DNA of 64,000 nucleotides from Octopus sinensis. Lineage: Eukaryota. The translations under genes and the position numbers were made by a program. How positions within the stretch are numbered: the first letter of the stretch is position 1; each line of letters starts with the position of its first letter. The DNA lies in the NCBI RefSeq assembly GCF_006345805.1, contig NC_043000.1, positions 103,292,001 to 103,356,000 of the forward strand, read 5' to 3'. Below, one piece after another: positions 23,965 to 38,025 of this stretch. Under the pieces are notes generated by a model, which did no database searches, was not told the origin of the DNA, and saw only the letters and a program-made list of their open reading frames with translations.

Positions 23965-24412
23965 CGATGTGGTTCTGTGGTTAAGAACCTTGTTTTGCAA
24001 CCATGTGGTTTCGGGCTCAATCTCACTGAGACAAGTGACTTCTATTATAGCCGCGAGTCGACCAATACTTTGTGAGTGAATTTGGTACACGGAAACTGTG
24101 TGGAAGCCTCCTATATGTGTGTTTGTCTTTGTATTTGTCCCAACCCCACTGCTTGACAACCGGTGTTTGTTTGTTTACCTTCCCGTTACTTGGCATTTCA
24201 GCAAGAGACCAATAGAACAAGTACCAGATTTAAAATAAGTACTAGGGTGGGAAACCGTTTTGAAGGGCTTAGTCGAACAAATCGACCCTAGTACTTATTT
24301 TAACTCTGGTACTTGTTCTATTGGTCTCTTGCCGAAATGCCAAGTTACGGGGAGGTAAACAAACAAACAAACACCGGTTGTCAATTAAAACACGTGAAAA
24401 CTAAAGATAAAG
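23965..24412 (+). mobile_element. Family A SINE with internal inverted duplication
   Basis: Arms 24153-24248 and 24285-24384 are reverse complements. Confidence 0.9.
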
Positions 24413-24586
24413 ATACTGTAATAAAATATACTTCTTCAAAGTATGGTAGTCAAAATGCTTAATCATTAATTAGAATTAGTCCTGTCTTCAGTAAGAACCA
24501 TAAACGCTTTTATTGTCTGATCGCAAGAAGCGAAATAAGTTTTCAAATATATATTTAAGTTCTGTTCTTTAAGTGTGTGAAATAAT

Positions 24587-25002
24587 GATTTCAATTTTTG
24601 GCACAATTTCGGTGAGAGAGGTAAGTCGATTACACCAACCTCAGTACTCAACTGGTAAAATGGCAAAGTCGCCCTCGGCGGAATTTGAACTAAAAATTTG
24701 AAGACAGGTGAAATGCCAGGGCGAAATGCTTAGCGGCATTTTGCCCGATGTGCTAACGATTCTGCCAATTTGCCGCCTAACTGTGTGAAATAATCCTTTC
24801 TACAAAAGGCACAAGGCCTGATATTTGTAGTGGGGGAGTGTGTAAGTCGATTATATCGACCCCAGGGTGTAACTGGTACTTATTTAATCGACCCCGAAAG
24901 GCTAAGGCAAAGTCGACCTAGGCGGAATTTGAACTTAAGCAGAGACGAAATCTGCTAAGGGTTTTGTCAAGCGTGCTAACGATTCTGCCAGTTCACCACC
25001 TT
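24587..25002 (-). mobile_element. Two adjacent family B SINEs
   Basis: Two heads (ending about 24778 and about 25001); TGTGTGAAATAAT occurs left of, between and right of them. Confidence 0.85.
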
Positions 25003-26907
25003 AACTGTGTGAAATAATGCAAATAATAACATAGTCATAGCTTATAGTTGATCATGTTTCTTCGCAAAGAAATATAATCGCTTCGTGTATAGATATTCAA
25101 ATTTACAAACTGTTGTAATTCTTAACCGCTTACATGCTACAAAGAGGTATCGACACTACTCATTACTACCTACTGGTCTTGTGATTCGATACACTTAGTA
25201 TATCATTACTACCTACTGGTCTTGTGATTCGATACACTTAGTTCTACTCTGTTGAACTTTTTAAAAATAGTAAAATACGTGTAACCGATACCTTTTCTCT
25301 CTTCTTTAAAATTCAAGAAGAAATATAATAACTTCCTTAGAGATGTTCACTCCTAGGAATTGAAAATCAGGTGATTTCTATGGTTAAAGGGAAAGCTTGA
25401 TGGCCTAGACATAATATGTCGCTGGATGTTGTTACCTGGGATTATTATTTCTTGAATTATTGCAACTTCTTGAAACTTAGTCTATTACTGATGAACCGAT
25501 GAAATGGCTTCTACATTGTCGACTGAAATGCTAGAAATAGCAGCCAAATTCCCTTCAAATCACAACCCACGTGGTCTTATATGACCACGGCTTGAACACA
25601 TTTCATCATAGGCGTACTTTATCTGAGCTGGCGTGAGTTCAACCAATAAGAACAGCAACAACAACAATAACAACAACCCAGAGCATCAACAACAATAACA
25701 ACAGCAACTAGAACAGCAATAGCAACAACAACAACGACGATAATAACCACAACTACGGCAACAGCGATATCTAGAACTACTACTGCGGCTAACAAATCAC
25801 TCAACCTATTTGCATTTGCAGCGAAACTCCCCTCAATTCAAACCTTTACCTTTTTAAAAATACGAAGTACACATTAGCTAATAGTAATCCACAATGCTGA
25901 ATCAATATGGAAGAAAACACTAATAAAGAATTCATAAAGTTTGCATCGGTGTACAGGAAATGTTCACAAATACTTATTGTTCAAGTATACTGCTAACGTA
26001 TGTGACGTACTTTCGCAATGAGGCTTTTAATGTAAGGCATTATCTCGATCCAGATAGTAAAAGATATATTTGTTTACAGTCATTGTCTTCTCACCATCAA
26101 AATCTAAACGTTACATAATCTCTATATAAGTTTCTAAATCTAATCCAGTCAGCATATAGTTCAAGAAGATTCAAAGAAATGGTGGTCTGGTTTTTTGAGC
26201 ACATATTTTCATTAACTTCATTATTCCCAGACTAACTAACTTTGCATACTCATTATAAATTACGTCATTATGATGTACGATGAAATTTATAATTAAAACA
26301 GAGAATAGTATTACAACCATTTTCATTACATTTACATTTGTCAAAAGAGATGACTGTTCACTAAAAGTTGCCTGTTTCAATACCATTTATAATATGTCTA
26401 AATATTTCTGTGATGTCAATGCGGCTCTTGTTATCATCAACAAAATACAAGAACGCATATGTGTGTGTGTGTGTGTGTGCGAGCGCGTTTGCGTGTGTGC
26501 GTATGTGCGCGCACACACATAGATAGATAATACATACATAAATATACATATATACATACACACGTATATATATATATATATGACGTAAACTTCGCTAACT
26601 TTCTCTCTCTCACAGTCTTTTTTCTTGCTTTTTAAATAACACAAAGAATATGTGTGAAGATTTGCACATCTAGAAAAAGCTGTTTGGACTTCACAGCGTT
26701 GACATTTATTTGCAGATAAAATGTAAGTTTGTTGACAAGACAAGGCCACGAGCAAGGTTGGATCCCGGCAGTTTGATGGTTTAAAGGAGACCAGACAGAT
26801 ATAGGATGTTGAAGTTGGAAAGAAGCACACAAACGTTGTTGTGTGCTTTTTCCACCCACCCCATACGCACTAAACCAACCACTAAGGTAAACAACACAAT
26901 CATAATG

Positions 26908-26960
<53 letters not shown>

Positions 26961-28336
26961 CTTGGTATTAAAATTATAAAGCTAAAACGAAAAAAAAGAA
27001 CGTTTAAACGATGAATTGAAACAAAATAACAAAAATGAATTTGAACAAAACGGAGCTAAATTTACACAGTACAAGACGCAATAGCGAGTTTGTTTTTGAA
27101 CAAATTTCTAAATTCAAACTGACACAGATCTCACTCCCAAGTTTTTCAAATCATTCCATCACCAAGACCTCTACCACACAATGCACTCACTCCATTAGCT
27201 TCTATTAGCTTCACACATTCGGAATTAGTTCCTATCTTTTTTCAGTCATTTCCTTTTGTGTACTAATTTATTTCTTATGATTATTATTCTCATTTCGTTT
27301 CATGTTTATATTTTATTTGTTTCCTTGCTTATCAATAATTCATTGTCAATATAGATTGATTTACACTTAAGATTTAATTTATTTATCTAAGAACTATTAA
27401 TCACGCATGACGTACTTTTAGCACTAGTTTTTTGGGGTTAGTTTAGTGCATTATTATCGAATTATTTATTCGTAAATCTTCAATAAATATATTTCCCTCC
27501 ACTATTTGATTTTACGTAAAACGAATAACGTTTAGAGTTGCTCTAACCCTCTATTAAAAAAGGGAAAATTAATTCATTTATTATTTAACCATCAACGCCA
27601 ATAAGATGGCAAAAACGTTAGAATGCCGGGCTAAATTAATTGTTTCTACGTTTGGAACAAGGTCAGTGATTTTGAGGGAAGTGATTTAGTCAATATCATG
27701 GGTTAACCCTTTTCCCTTAAAATGTCTCCTTTTCTACCAAAAATAAAGTACCGTAAAATAAAGCATTGGTACTTTAGTTTATCGACTCTGAGAGGATGGA
27801 AGGTAAACTTGACTCGGTAGAACTCGTTTTTTTTTTTTGCCTTTCTACTTCAGGCACAAGGCTTGATAGTTTAGGGAGGGGAGCTAGCCGACTACATCGA
27901 ACCCAATACTCAACTGGCAATTATTTTTCGTCCCTGACGGGATGTGAACTCAACGTGAAGGGACAATAAAAACCGCAAGGCATATTTCCATCTCCTTAAC
28001 GATTTTCTAGACTAAAATAATATGATTAAATTGAATACAGGCAATATTCAAGTTGAACCCCGTTGAAGATGATCGCGTAATACAGCATATTTTACTTCGC
28101 AATAACAAATAATTTTCTTTAACTGTAGTGTGACAACATTAACTACTGTGCCACATTCTACTTGATCCTTTCTACCCATTCATGGCATTGAGTACACTAA
28201 ATATTAAATTACCATCCCTATGGTAGTAGCTTCATACGTTATCAATTCGTTTGATTAATGGAAAAAACGAAACCATCTTTATCCTAAAATGATAATTTAA
28301 ATTCATAAGTTAGCAGTACCTAAAAGCAATTATTTT

Positions 28337-28866
28337 TAAAGGAATGTTCCAGACTACCCATTGACTAATTTTTTTCACAGGTGCCAGAGGTTCAAGGACG
28401 GTAGAGAGGAGTTGAGACATGATAAGAGGAGTGGAAGGGAGAGGGACGTCAGAACATCAAAGCTGTTGAGAAAATTGGTAATTTTCTGAACGAAGACTGT
28501 CGTGTGTCTATAAAGACAATACGCATAGTATGAAGTTGGTGTGGCAACCTCGCACAGAATAATTCATGAAGATATGAACATGTGCAAAGTTTATTCTCAC
28601 AGTGCTCAATGACAAGCATCCTGGTAACCAACTATTTGACAGAGAAGGCCATCAAAACTGTCCTTCAGCCTCCCTACAGTTCAGGCCTTACTCCTTGTGA
28701 CTTTTGGTTGTTCTCCAGACTGAAGGAGGCCGTAACAAGGATCCAGGATAGCCTTACTCTGAAGTCAGGGCATCTTACTTTGAAGGGGTTTAGAGTTTTG
28801 TACTTCTATGAAATTAATAAATATTTCTCCTGAAAAAGTCAATAAACTTCTGGAATGCACCTTGTA
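28337..28866 (+). mobile_element. Deleted mariner (DD34D) remnant
   Basis: RFKDGREELRHDKRSGR (HTH linker) and ILVTNYLTEKAIKTVLQPPYSSGLTPCDFWLFSRLK (YSPDLAP.D motif); right end AACTTCTGGAATGCACCTTG-TA. Confidence 0.8.
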
Positions 28867-28879
28867 TGTAGAAGAATAC

Positions 28880-29292
28880 TCTTTTATTATTTTACTTGTT
28901 TCCGTCATTTGAATGCTGCCATGCTGGAGCACCGCCTTTAATCGAGCAAATCGACCCCAGGACTTATTCTTTGTAAGCCTAGTACTTATTCTATCGGTCT
29001 CTTTTTGCCGAACCGCTAAGTTACGGGAACGTGAACACACCAGCATCGGTTGTCAAGCGATGTTGGCGGGGGGCAAACACAGACACACAAATACACACAC
29101 ATATATATATATACATACACATATATACGACCGGCTTCTTTTCAGTTTTCGTCCACCAAATCCACTCACAAGGCTTTGGTCGGCCCGAGGCTATAGTAGA
29201 AGACACTTGCCCAAGGTGCCACGCAGTGGGACTGAACCGGAACCATGTGGCTGGTAAGCAAGCTACTTACCACACAGCCACTCCTGCACCTA
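28880..29292 (-). mobile_element. Full-length family A SINE
   Basis: Close reverse-complement match to 3556-3965. Confidence 0.92.
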
Positions 29293-30023
29293 TGAATATA
29301 AATGATTTGAAATTAACGATACGAAACTTTGTGATCCCCTAAACAGACCATAAAGATATAGTAGGTCTCAACTTGTTACAAGTTTTTCTCGTAAAAGAAA
29401 ACATTCTAGGCAGAAGCATTATAATTTTTCTAATTATTCCGTTAGTGTTGTTTGCTTGCAGGCAAATCATAAAACAGCAGACCTACGGTCAAAGATGCTG
29501 CTGAAATTGTTTTTTCGTAAAATAATTTCTGTTTAGGTGACGTAGGTCCTAGCACTTTTTAAGTGGTTCATATAGCCGACAGAAAAGTCAATTTGGGCTA
29601 TTTTATAGTACAAGAGTAAATCATGATTTAAGTGAAGTGAGAAGAGTACTTACGTCGTTTTAACATATAGGTATCATAGTGCTGCTTGTGTTGGTATCGA
29701 TATTCATATTGTTATAATCAGTATCAGCCATGATCGTAAAAGCTAAATTCTGCATGATGTAATATATATCTTATAATCCTGCCTGAATAATGCTACGTTG
29801 GAAGAGAAAAAGGCACTTCACTCATTTATCACAGAATGAATAAGCCATATATTGATTTAAGATCAAGGAGTCTGCATAATTGTGGAAAACGTTCCAAAAC
29901 ACATTTTTAAACGGTCCTCCTACGCCTCCACGCCTTATGGAGAAGGTGCAATATTACATTGTATGTATATATGTATGTATGAATGTATGTATGTACGTAT
30001 GTGTGTGTGTGTGTGTGTGAATG

Positions 30024-30443
30024 TAGTGCTGGATTAACCATTAAGCAAAATAAGGACTTGATTAGGTTATCAAGGGAAGAGGAGGAGCACCACAGAAATG
30101 GTAAATGGTTGACGGCACAAAAGTAATCACATTAAGCTTGCTAAAATAGTAATCGGAATGTCTTATCGCTACCAAATATAGAAGCAATGTCTTACTTGAG
30201 ATTCAATTTGAGGATCTGATCAAATACTTTGCAATTAAAAAACGTAGGAAAAAAACTTTTTACTTATGAGTAAAGTGAAACTACACAAAAATAATGATTA
30301 TTTTCCATCTTACTGTGAGTTCTGTTTCATTCGGAATAATAAAAGTTTATTCTATGGTTTATTATTCTTTATATTTTGAATTACATGTATATGGGGGGAA
30401 CCAAAATCTTCCTTAGTGCTCTATGAGTCTTAATCTGGCCTTG
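30024..30443 (+). mobile_element. Non-autonomous hAT (Tip100-like) element
   Basis: Degenerate TIRs TAGTGCTGGATTAA / TTAATCTGGCCTTG; internal IQFEDLIKYFAIKKRRK resembles the hAT C-terminal tail; 6/8 TSD match. Confidence 0.7.
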
Positions 30444-30658
30444 TATGTATGTATGTATGTATGTATGTATGTAGTATGTATGTATGTATGTAGGTATCTA
30501 TGTATGTATGTATGTATGTATGTATGTATGTAGGTATCTATGTATGTGTGTATGTATGTATGTATGTATGTATGTATGTATCTACGTACGTACGTATGAT
30601 TATGTTTGTGCGTATGTACGCTTGCTATTTATGCTTGTGTGAATTCAAAAACTATGTA

Positions 30659-30691
<33 letters not shown>

Positions 30692-30893
30692 ATGTATGGC
30701 AGAGTGGATGGATGAACGGACAGATACGCGAATAAGAGAATGGATTGATGAAGAGAGGAATGTGTGTGTGTATACGCGTGTTTGTTATGTATGTGTGTAT
30801 TTGTATATACACACATACTAACCTTTGACCTTTTATGCTTTCAGCAATGAAACTGTAATGCTGGACTCTGACACCGACCTTCCTTAAATTGTT

Positions 30894-30970
<77 letters not shown>

Positions 30971-32584
30971 ATGCGACATTTTGCTTGCAAAAACCGGAAA
31001 AAGGTAGACAAAGCAGATTGGTCAGCAGGAAGGTAGGACAGGGAATTTTTTCTGATTCAATGTATGTATGCATAGTTGTACAAGTGTACGTTCATGTGAG
31101 TATGTGAATGAGTGGGGGAATATTTGTACATACGCATATACTATCATCGTCATCACCCCCATCATCATCATCATCATCATCATCACCACCATCATCATAC
31201 TTTTCCATAACTTTATTTCATTATTAACGGATTAATCTTTTGGTGGATATGATTCGAGTGAAAATATTTCGTGTTCTTTATCAATTCCAGCCGGCGTCAA
31301 TCTGTGTTTTGCTTTTTCTAAGGTGCAACCAGATTTGTTCTATTTCCCGACAAAGACTGCATTTCTAGGAACTCCTTTGTTATACTTTTACTAAAATCGT
31401 CAAAGCCTTCAAAAAATGCTTTGCGGTATTCCTTCCGACTTTTTAGGTTCTGAGTTCAAATCATGCTGAGTTCACCTTTGCCTATCATTTTTCGGGGTTA
31501 ATAAACTAAAGTACGAGTTAAGTGCTAGGTTCGACTAACCCCCTTCTCTGGAAATTGAAACCTTTAATACTGTTGCTAAAGCATGAGGCTTTGTTACAAC
31601 GACCGAAATCAGTAAAAGAGTAACGTGACATGTGTTCCATATCAGTCATTTAAGGTCGCATGCATATTTGCTCATACAAATATCTAATTGTGGAATTTAC
31701 ATATTAAATGTTTAATTATTTATTTATTTTATTTTGTTTTTCTATTTCGGGTTACAATTTGGATCAGATCTCCCAAAAAGGAATGCAATCAGATAATAAA
31801 GTTTTGTTTCACAAAATAATGAAAAAAATTATCCTTCCATATGATCAGATAAAAGCAAAAATCTGACATTTCATCTCAGAAATATCAGACCACCCTAAGT
31901 GTTTTAGAGTAATCAGATGTGGGTGGCCATATAATTTACTATGAATCAAATAGAAAAAAAAATTAACTAAATAAACATCAGAATTAACATAATGAATTAA
32001 AAAAAAAGACTATAATATAGCAGAGCCAAGCGGTTAAGAAATTAACTTCGCAAAGGCGTGGTTCCGGGATTGATCCCACAGCGCAGTATCATAGATCGTG
32101 TTTTCTGTTTTAGCTTCAGTTGTTCAATACACTCACATGCATGTATGTGTGTGTGTGTGTGTGAGTGTGAGTGTACAAAGAGGGTATGTTTATCGGTGAA
32201 TGGACAACTACATCTGATAGATAAACGAAAAACCAGTGTTTCCGGGTAGTCTACTCTAACCCGGAGCAGTAGCAACTGTCAGGGCTATGAGTTAGCTAGC
32301 ATATGTGATGTGTAATTCATCTGAGTGCGGTGACACAGAAATAACCTTGGTTGATGTCAGGGCACGTAGTAAAACTACTCGGTGTGAGGGTTCTATTGTT
32401 GTTGTCACAGCATCCTGCCAGAAGAGGGACACTGATGCAAAATTGCGGTTTCACGTGATTACTGGTCATCTCGCTTCGGTTTATCACAAGGTAAGATCAC
32501 TAATCATGGGGACTCGACAAGTGGAACTAGAATTGTACTAGAGTTTATAGGTGTAATCAAATGATGTGCAGATGTCTCTTTATA

Positions 32585-32828
32585 CTTTTTACTCTTTTTA
32601 CTCTTTTACTTGTTTCAATCATTTGACTGTGGCCATGCTGGAGCACCGCCTTTAATCGAGCAAATCGACCTCAGGACTTATTCTTTGTAAGCCTAGTACT
32701 TATTCTATCGGTCTCTTTTTGCCGAACCGCTAGGTTACGGGGACGTAAGCACACCAGCATCAGTTGTCAAGCGATGTTGGGGGGGGGACAAACACAGACA
32801 CACAAACACACACACACACACACACACG

Positions 32829-32907
<79 letters not shown>

Positions 32908-33083
32908 TACATATATATACGACGGGCTCCTTTCAGTTTCCGTCTACCAAATCCACTCACAAGGCTTTGGTCGGCCCGAAGCTATAGCAGAAGACACTTG
33001 CCCAAGGTGCCACGCAGTGGGACTGAACCTGGAACCATGTGGTTCGCAAGCAAGCTACTTACCACACAGCCACCCCTACGCCT
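32585..33083 (-). mobile_element. Full-length family A SINE with expanded internal microsatellite
   Basis: Close match to 28880-29292. Confidence 0.92.
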
Positions 33084-33690
33084 ATGGTGACCAATTTATG
33101 GTGACCAAATTTATCATTCTATTAAGTAAAAGTCTTATGGTGATGGAAAGGTGGTGACGTGAGCAGCCCTAACCAGTTGGAAGCGCACAGTAAGCTACAG
33201 CATTCGTCAGTTGCTTGAAATCATACAGATTGATTTGCAGCAGAACTGAACAGTCATTTGAGAGGTCATGAACGGAAGTCAGAAATACCGTTGAGAACGA
33301 GGAAGTACAAAAAGACGGTAATTATCTTTGAAGATGAAAAGATCACCATATGTATGTATGTATTTGTACACAGAGGTATACATATGAAAATATTGTTTAA
33401 CGATATGGAATATCTTCGAAAATAAGTATATAAATAATTAGTTCAGTGCAAGTTGAAGTTCTAAAAGAAACACTCCATATACGGAAGCGCTAACATCACA
33501 ATGCACTCTTTTGCCTACAGTCATCTCTGCATTTATACTCCTTTTGTGCTAGTATACTGCACTCACTCAAAAGGTGGTTGGTACTGTCGTCTCTTTCCTT
33601 GCATATTCTACATTTGCTGACATTTTTTGTCGATCTTTGCCTATACTGGATTTATTCTAAGGGCTTGTTCTTGAAAGTTTTTGTCTCTTG

Positions 33691-33758
<68 letters not shown>

Positions 33759-33774
33759 TATCATTGTTATCATT

Positions 33775-34920
33775 ATTTTCATATACACACAACAGATTAG
33801 ACTGCTAGAAAAGAAAGATTCCTGACATCGGACTACAACAAATAATCTTGGATGCCAAGAACCCTCCTAAGTATTCTAGCTGTCCCTAACAACACTGTTT
33901 TCTGGAGCTGTACTAAACTGAGTTTTATGCCTATTTCTTTTATCCATCTGTTCAGGTCTTTAGGGATACATTTTACTCGCACTTTCCATAGTCTCTGTAA
34001 TTCAACGGCAAGGTTCTGGTACTTAGCTATTTTTTAATACCTCTCATATTGATTTTTTTCATCATTTAGGACTGTAAAGTCAATTATCTAGCACTTTCTA
34101 TCCTCTTTATCTACTACGGCTAAATCTAGCTTATATTACTCTGTCAGGCTGAATGTTAAAGTCCCACAACAACTTATATTTCTTGCTTTCTAGTACTTTA
34201 TTAGGTTCATATTCATACCATTTATGAGTATATTTAAATCCTAGCTTTCTACGTAACTCCCGGTGAATTACTCTCCCTAAGTTGTCATATCTTTTATTGT
34301 ATATTTTCCGTGCCAGCATGCTACATTCACTTACTATACGAGTACGCTTTCCTCTTTTGATTTACATAATCTACATTGGGAATCTACTTGGTTTTTTAAC
34401 TTAAGTTTATCCAATTATCTAAAATTATCTAAAATTAACCATAATTTTATCCAATTAGTCCTTAATGCATGATCTTGTGTAGCTACTAACAAACTTTCTG
34501 TCTCCCTTTTCATCTTTCCTTTCTGCCACCATAGCCATGTCTCACTACTACTATTTGCTGTAACTATCTTTGGGAATCTACCGTGCAACGCCAGTCAGAT
34601 AATTTCTGTTCTTTTTTCTCTTTTTAACTTCGCTTAGGTTTTTGGTTTCCCTACATCTTGCTGTGATTCTTGCAGTTTTTAATAGACTTTCTTCACTATT
34701 ACCTACATAGAAGTCCATATCTACTCTAGCTAACCCTACGCAATCTTCTGATATTAACCCTCTTCAGCCTTCTTTTCTAGGTAAATATAATCTTGCTACT
34801 CCTGCCCTTGGGTGGAGTCCACCATTCATATTGAATTCCTTCCTAGTTCTTCTGTCTAGCTTTACTAATTCAGTTTTCGTCCAATCTACAAAGGCTGCTG
34901 AGTATATAAGTATTGATATT
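33775..34920 (-). pseudogene. R4/Dong-like RLE LINE 3' remnant
   Basis: LDRRTRK...LHPRAGVARLYLPRKEG, CRLCKSKEES..IVSECSMLA...RYDNLGRVIH, LLWDFNIQ.DRVI, LQKTVLLGTARILRRVL; 3' end next to (TTA)n at 33693-33752. Confidence 0.9.
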
Positions 34921-34924
34921 ATTA

Positions 34925-35260
34925 TAATATTATGTTTGGCTTTTGCTTTGTATTTGTACAAGTTGACTGCAGGTCTCACCCAGAGACCTTAAGAGACAAC
35001 AACTTAGATGTTCAAGTCGATATTATGACTAGGATACCATACTTTTGGTTTTGCACAGAGTGCTGTTCTAGAGAGTGTGTGTCAAAACATAAGAATATTC
35101 ATAGTTTGTTTTAAAAGTAATTTGATGGTAAGATGATAGTGTGATTTTAAGATGACATTAAAAGGTGTTGGCTATTATGTATATTTAAAAGTACTTTTGA
35201 TAATGTCCACAGATTAAAATGTTTTTGGAATCACATAGACAACATTTTTCTTAGGATATG
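34925..35260 (-). mobile_element. Short element with R4-type 3' tail between TAA-rich tracts
   Basis: Minus strand GGTCTCTGGGTGAGACC hairpin...AAACATAATA tail; bounded by (TAT)n at 35268-35315. Confidence 0.45.
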
Positions 35261-35265
35261 AGCAG

Positions 35266-35316
<51 letters not shown>

Positions 35317-35364
35317 TTAACATATATTAATACATATATGTATACACACACACACATATATATA

Positions 35365-35440
<76 letters not shown>

Positions 35441-35899
35441 CATGCATATATATTTCCATATGTATGTGTGTGTACGTATGTGTGTGTGTATAAACAGGAA
35501 AAAATTTGCTGAGATTTAGAAAGTCTGGAAAAACTTGTTTTATTTAATTTTATACGTTATTAAAACAACGTTTAATGAAAAATGACAGAAATAAATAGAA
35601 TAATCTCTATGTACCTGATTTGAACACGATTTCATTTGAAACGGCAATGAAAGTAAATGACAGAAAATTACGGGTAAGTAAAAAGAGGGTAGATATTATT
35701 TAGAAGGGGGCGTCAAGGAAATAAATGTGAGGGAAAACTTGAGACAAACTTAGAAAAGAAAGTGAAGATAAATAAATGTGAACGGAAAACGTGACAGACA
35801 CACAGACGGAAAAAAAGGAAGAAAAAGAAAGGAAGGAAGAGTTGATGGATTTTGTGATAGTTGGATTAAGCTTTCTGTGTCTGTATATCTCGATCTTGG

Positions 35900-35930
35900 A
35901 GATAGATAGATAGATATAGATAGATAAATG

Positions 35931-35982
<52 letters not shown>

Positions 35983-36024
35983 TAGATAGATAGATAGATA
36001 GATAAATGGATAGATAGATAAATG

Positions 36025-36070
<46 letters not shown>

Positions 36071-36104
36071 AAGATAGATAGATAAATGGATAGATAGATA
36101 AATG

Positions 36105-36161
<57 letters not shown>

Positions 36162-36313
36162 ATATAGATAGATAAATGGATAGATAGATAGCTAAATGGA
36201 TAGATAGATAGATAGATACATACATACATACATACATACATACATACATACATACATACATACATACATACATACATAGGTAGGTAAGTAGATAGATAGA
36301 TAGACAGACAGAC

Positions 36314-36372
<59 letters not shown>

Positions 36373-36435
36373 GATAGATAGATAGATAGATAGATTATAC
36401 ATACATACAAAAATAAAGAAAAAAGAGAGTGAATG

Positions 36436-36470
<35 letters not shown>

Positions 36471-36472
36471 AA
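35900..36472. repeat. Compound (GATA)n/(CATA)n/(GAAA)n tract with recurring AAATGG variant
   Basis: Directly visible. Confidence 0.98.
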
Positions 36473-36516
36473 AGGAGTAGAGAGATTCGCGTGAGAATTA
36501 AATACCATGAGATATA

Positions 36517-36729
36517 CGAGGGGAAGCTGAAAAGTTCTTGGCTTTAAGGGTTTTGCGAAAGGCCTGGTTGGAGGCCCAACCTTCCGAGTTCTTTTACAGG
36601 GCTTTGAAACCCTGAAGGACCGTTGCAGTATGTGATTCTGAGAGGGGAATAATTTGAATAAAATCATAATTAACTAATTCTATTGTATTTTCTTTTACCC
36701 AAGGCCAGGAAATTTTCAGTACCTCTTCG
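36517..36729. mobile_element. Mariner-type MITE (213 bp)
   Basis: TA-CGAGGGGAAGCTGAAAAGTTCTTGGCTT ... AAGGCCAGGAAATTTTCAGTACCTCTTCG-TA. Confidence 0.8.
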
Positions 36730-38025
36730 TAGACTGGAACAAAAAGAGAGTTGGGCAGAAGAGAGAAAATGGGTTTGTGTCAGGAAGTGAGAAACAGTGA
36801 GAGACCGATGCGCAGAGAGAGGGGCAGAGGTGGGAGAGATATAGAGACAGAGGGAGCGAGGAGAGAGGGAGAGAGGGAGACAGAGAGATAGAGATACAGA
36901 GACAGACGGAGAGAAACAGAATTATGAGGAACAACTGAGAGACATTATTTATAGATAAGTTGAATAAAGAAATGTATTCTCTTTCCCACCCCCTCCAGAA
37001 TCAGCAGATATTTTTGCCCCGGTATAGCCTAAACTTTAATCATTTCCCGTAATTTTTCCTCCTTTTTTTGACGAGACAGAAAGAAGGTTTCGTTAAATAA
37101 AAAAGATGTCACACAGGATATACTCCGTTTATGATATATTGGTGTAACTGAGGAAAAAAAAAGGATTCAGACTTTGGTTGGGCGGATCGGAAATTGTTTG
37201 CGAAATACGAGATTGTAAAAGAAAAAAAACACAAGTATGAAAATGAATAAAACAAGGGTTTTATTTTTAATTCATTTTGTTGTTAAAGTAACTAAGCGAA
37301 GAAATGAATCCTTGGGTGAGGTTTCTGATGAAGACATCGCAAGAATAAAAAAGAACAATAACGATAGTAGACACAACAACAACAACAACAGCAGCAACAA
37401 CAGCAATAATAATAATCTGTAAAATAACCGTAAACATCTACATGTTAAAGTCTCACTATTTCATGAAGCAACTTCTTTAAGCAACAAAGCATTGAAACTT
37501 AGATTCTCAAAATAAAATTATCAAAAACCTGCCTTTCTTGGAATTTTGGGGAAGTAGGGAAAAATAATTATGTGAAAAAAGAAACAACAGTAAATGAAGG
37601 GTAAAATTAAAAAAACAAAAGCGATAAATTCAACGAAAGAATGAATGCAAATAGTTTTTTTTTGTTAACTATTTTATTTTATTCTATAACAAGGTTTCTT
37701 TGGGTGGTCTTTGGTGTAAGTTGTGTTATTTCAAGAGCGAAAAAAAAAAGAGGGGAAAACAGTCTGAGGCATCAGTTTGGATGTTGTCTTTATGAGAAAG
37801 AATGAAACAATTACCAAAAAATATATCAACAATCTGTGAGCTTTCGTAAACTAGTGAGTTCTTAGAACAAAATTTTAACGACTTCGTCTTTTTGTTGTTG
37901 CTGTTGATGTAGTTAAACACAAATTCTGTCGTGATTGAGCAATTTTCTGACAGAAAGCATTCCAGCAATGGTCCATTGGTCACTCTTTCTTTTTTTTTTG
38001 TACCCCAGATACCATCTATCTAATA

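Noticed and set aside
25160-25242. 43-bp-period tandem duplication
   Set aside because: Real, but an ordinary two-copy duplication with no further structure.
37726-37983. 85-aa ORF in unique sequence (also 48055-48282 and 63333-63566)
   Set aside because: No recognisable domain or convincing splice context; lengths are within chance expectation.
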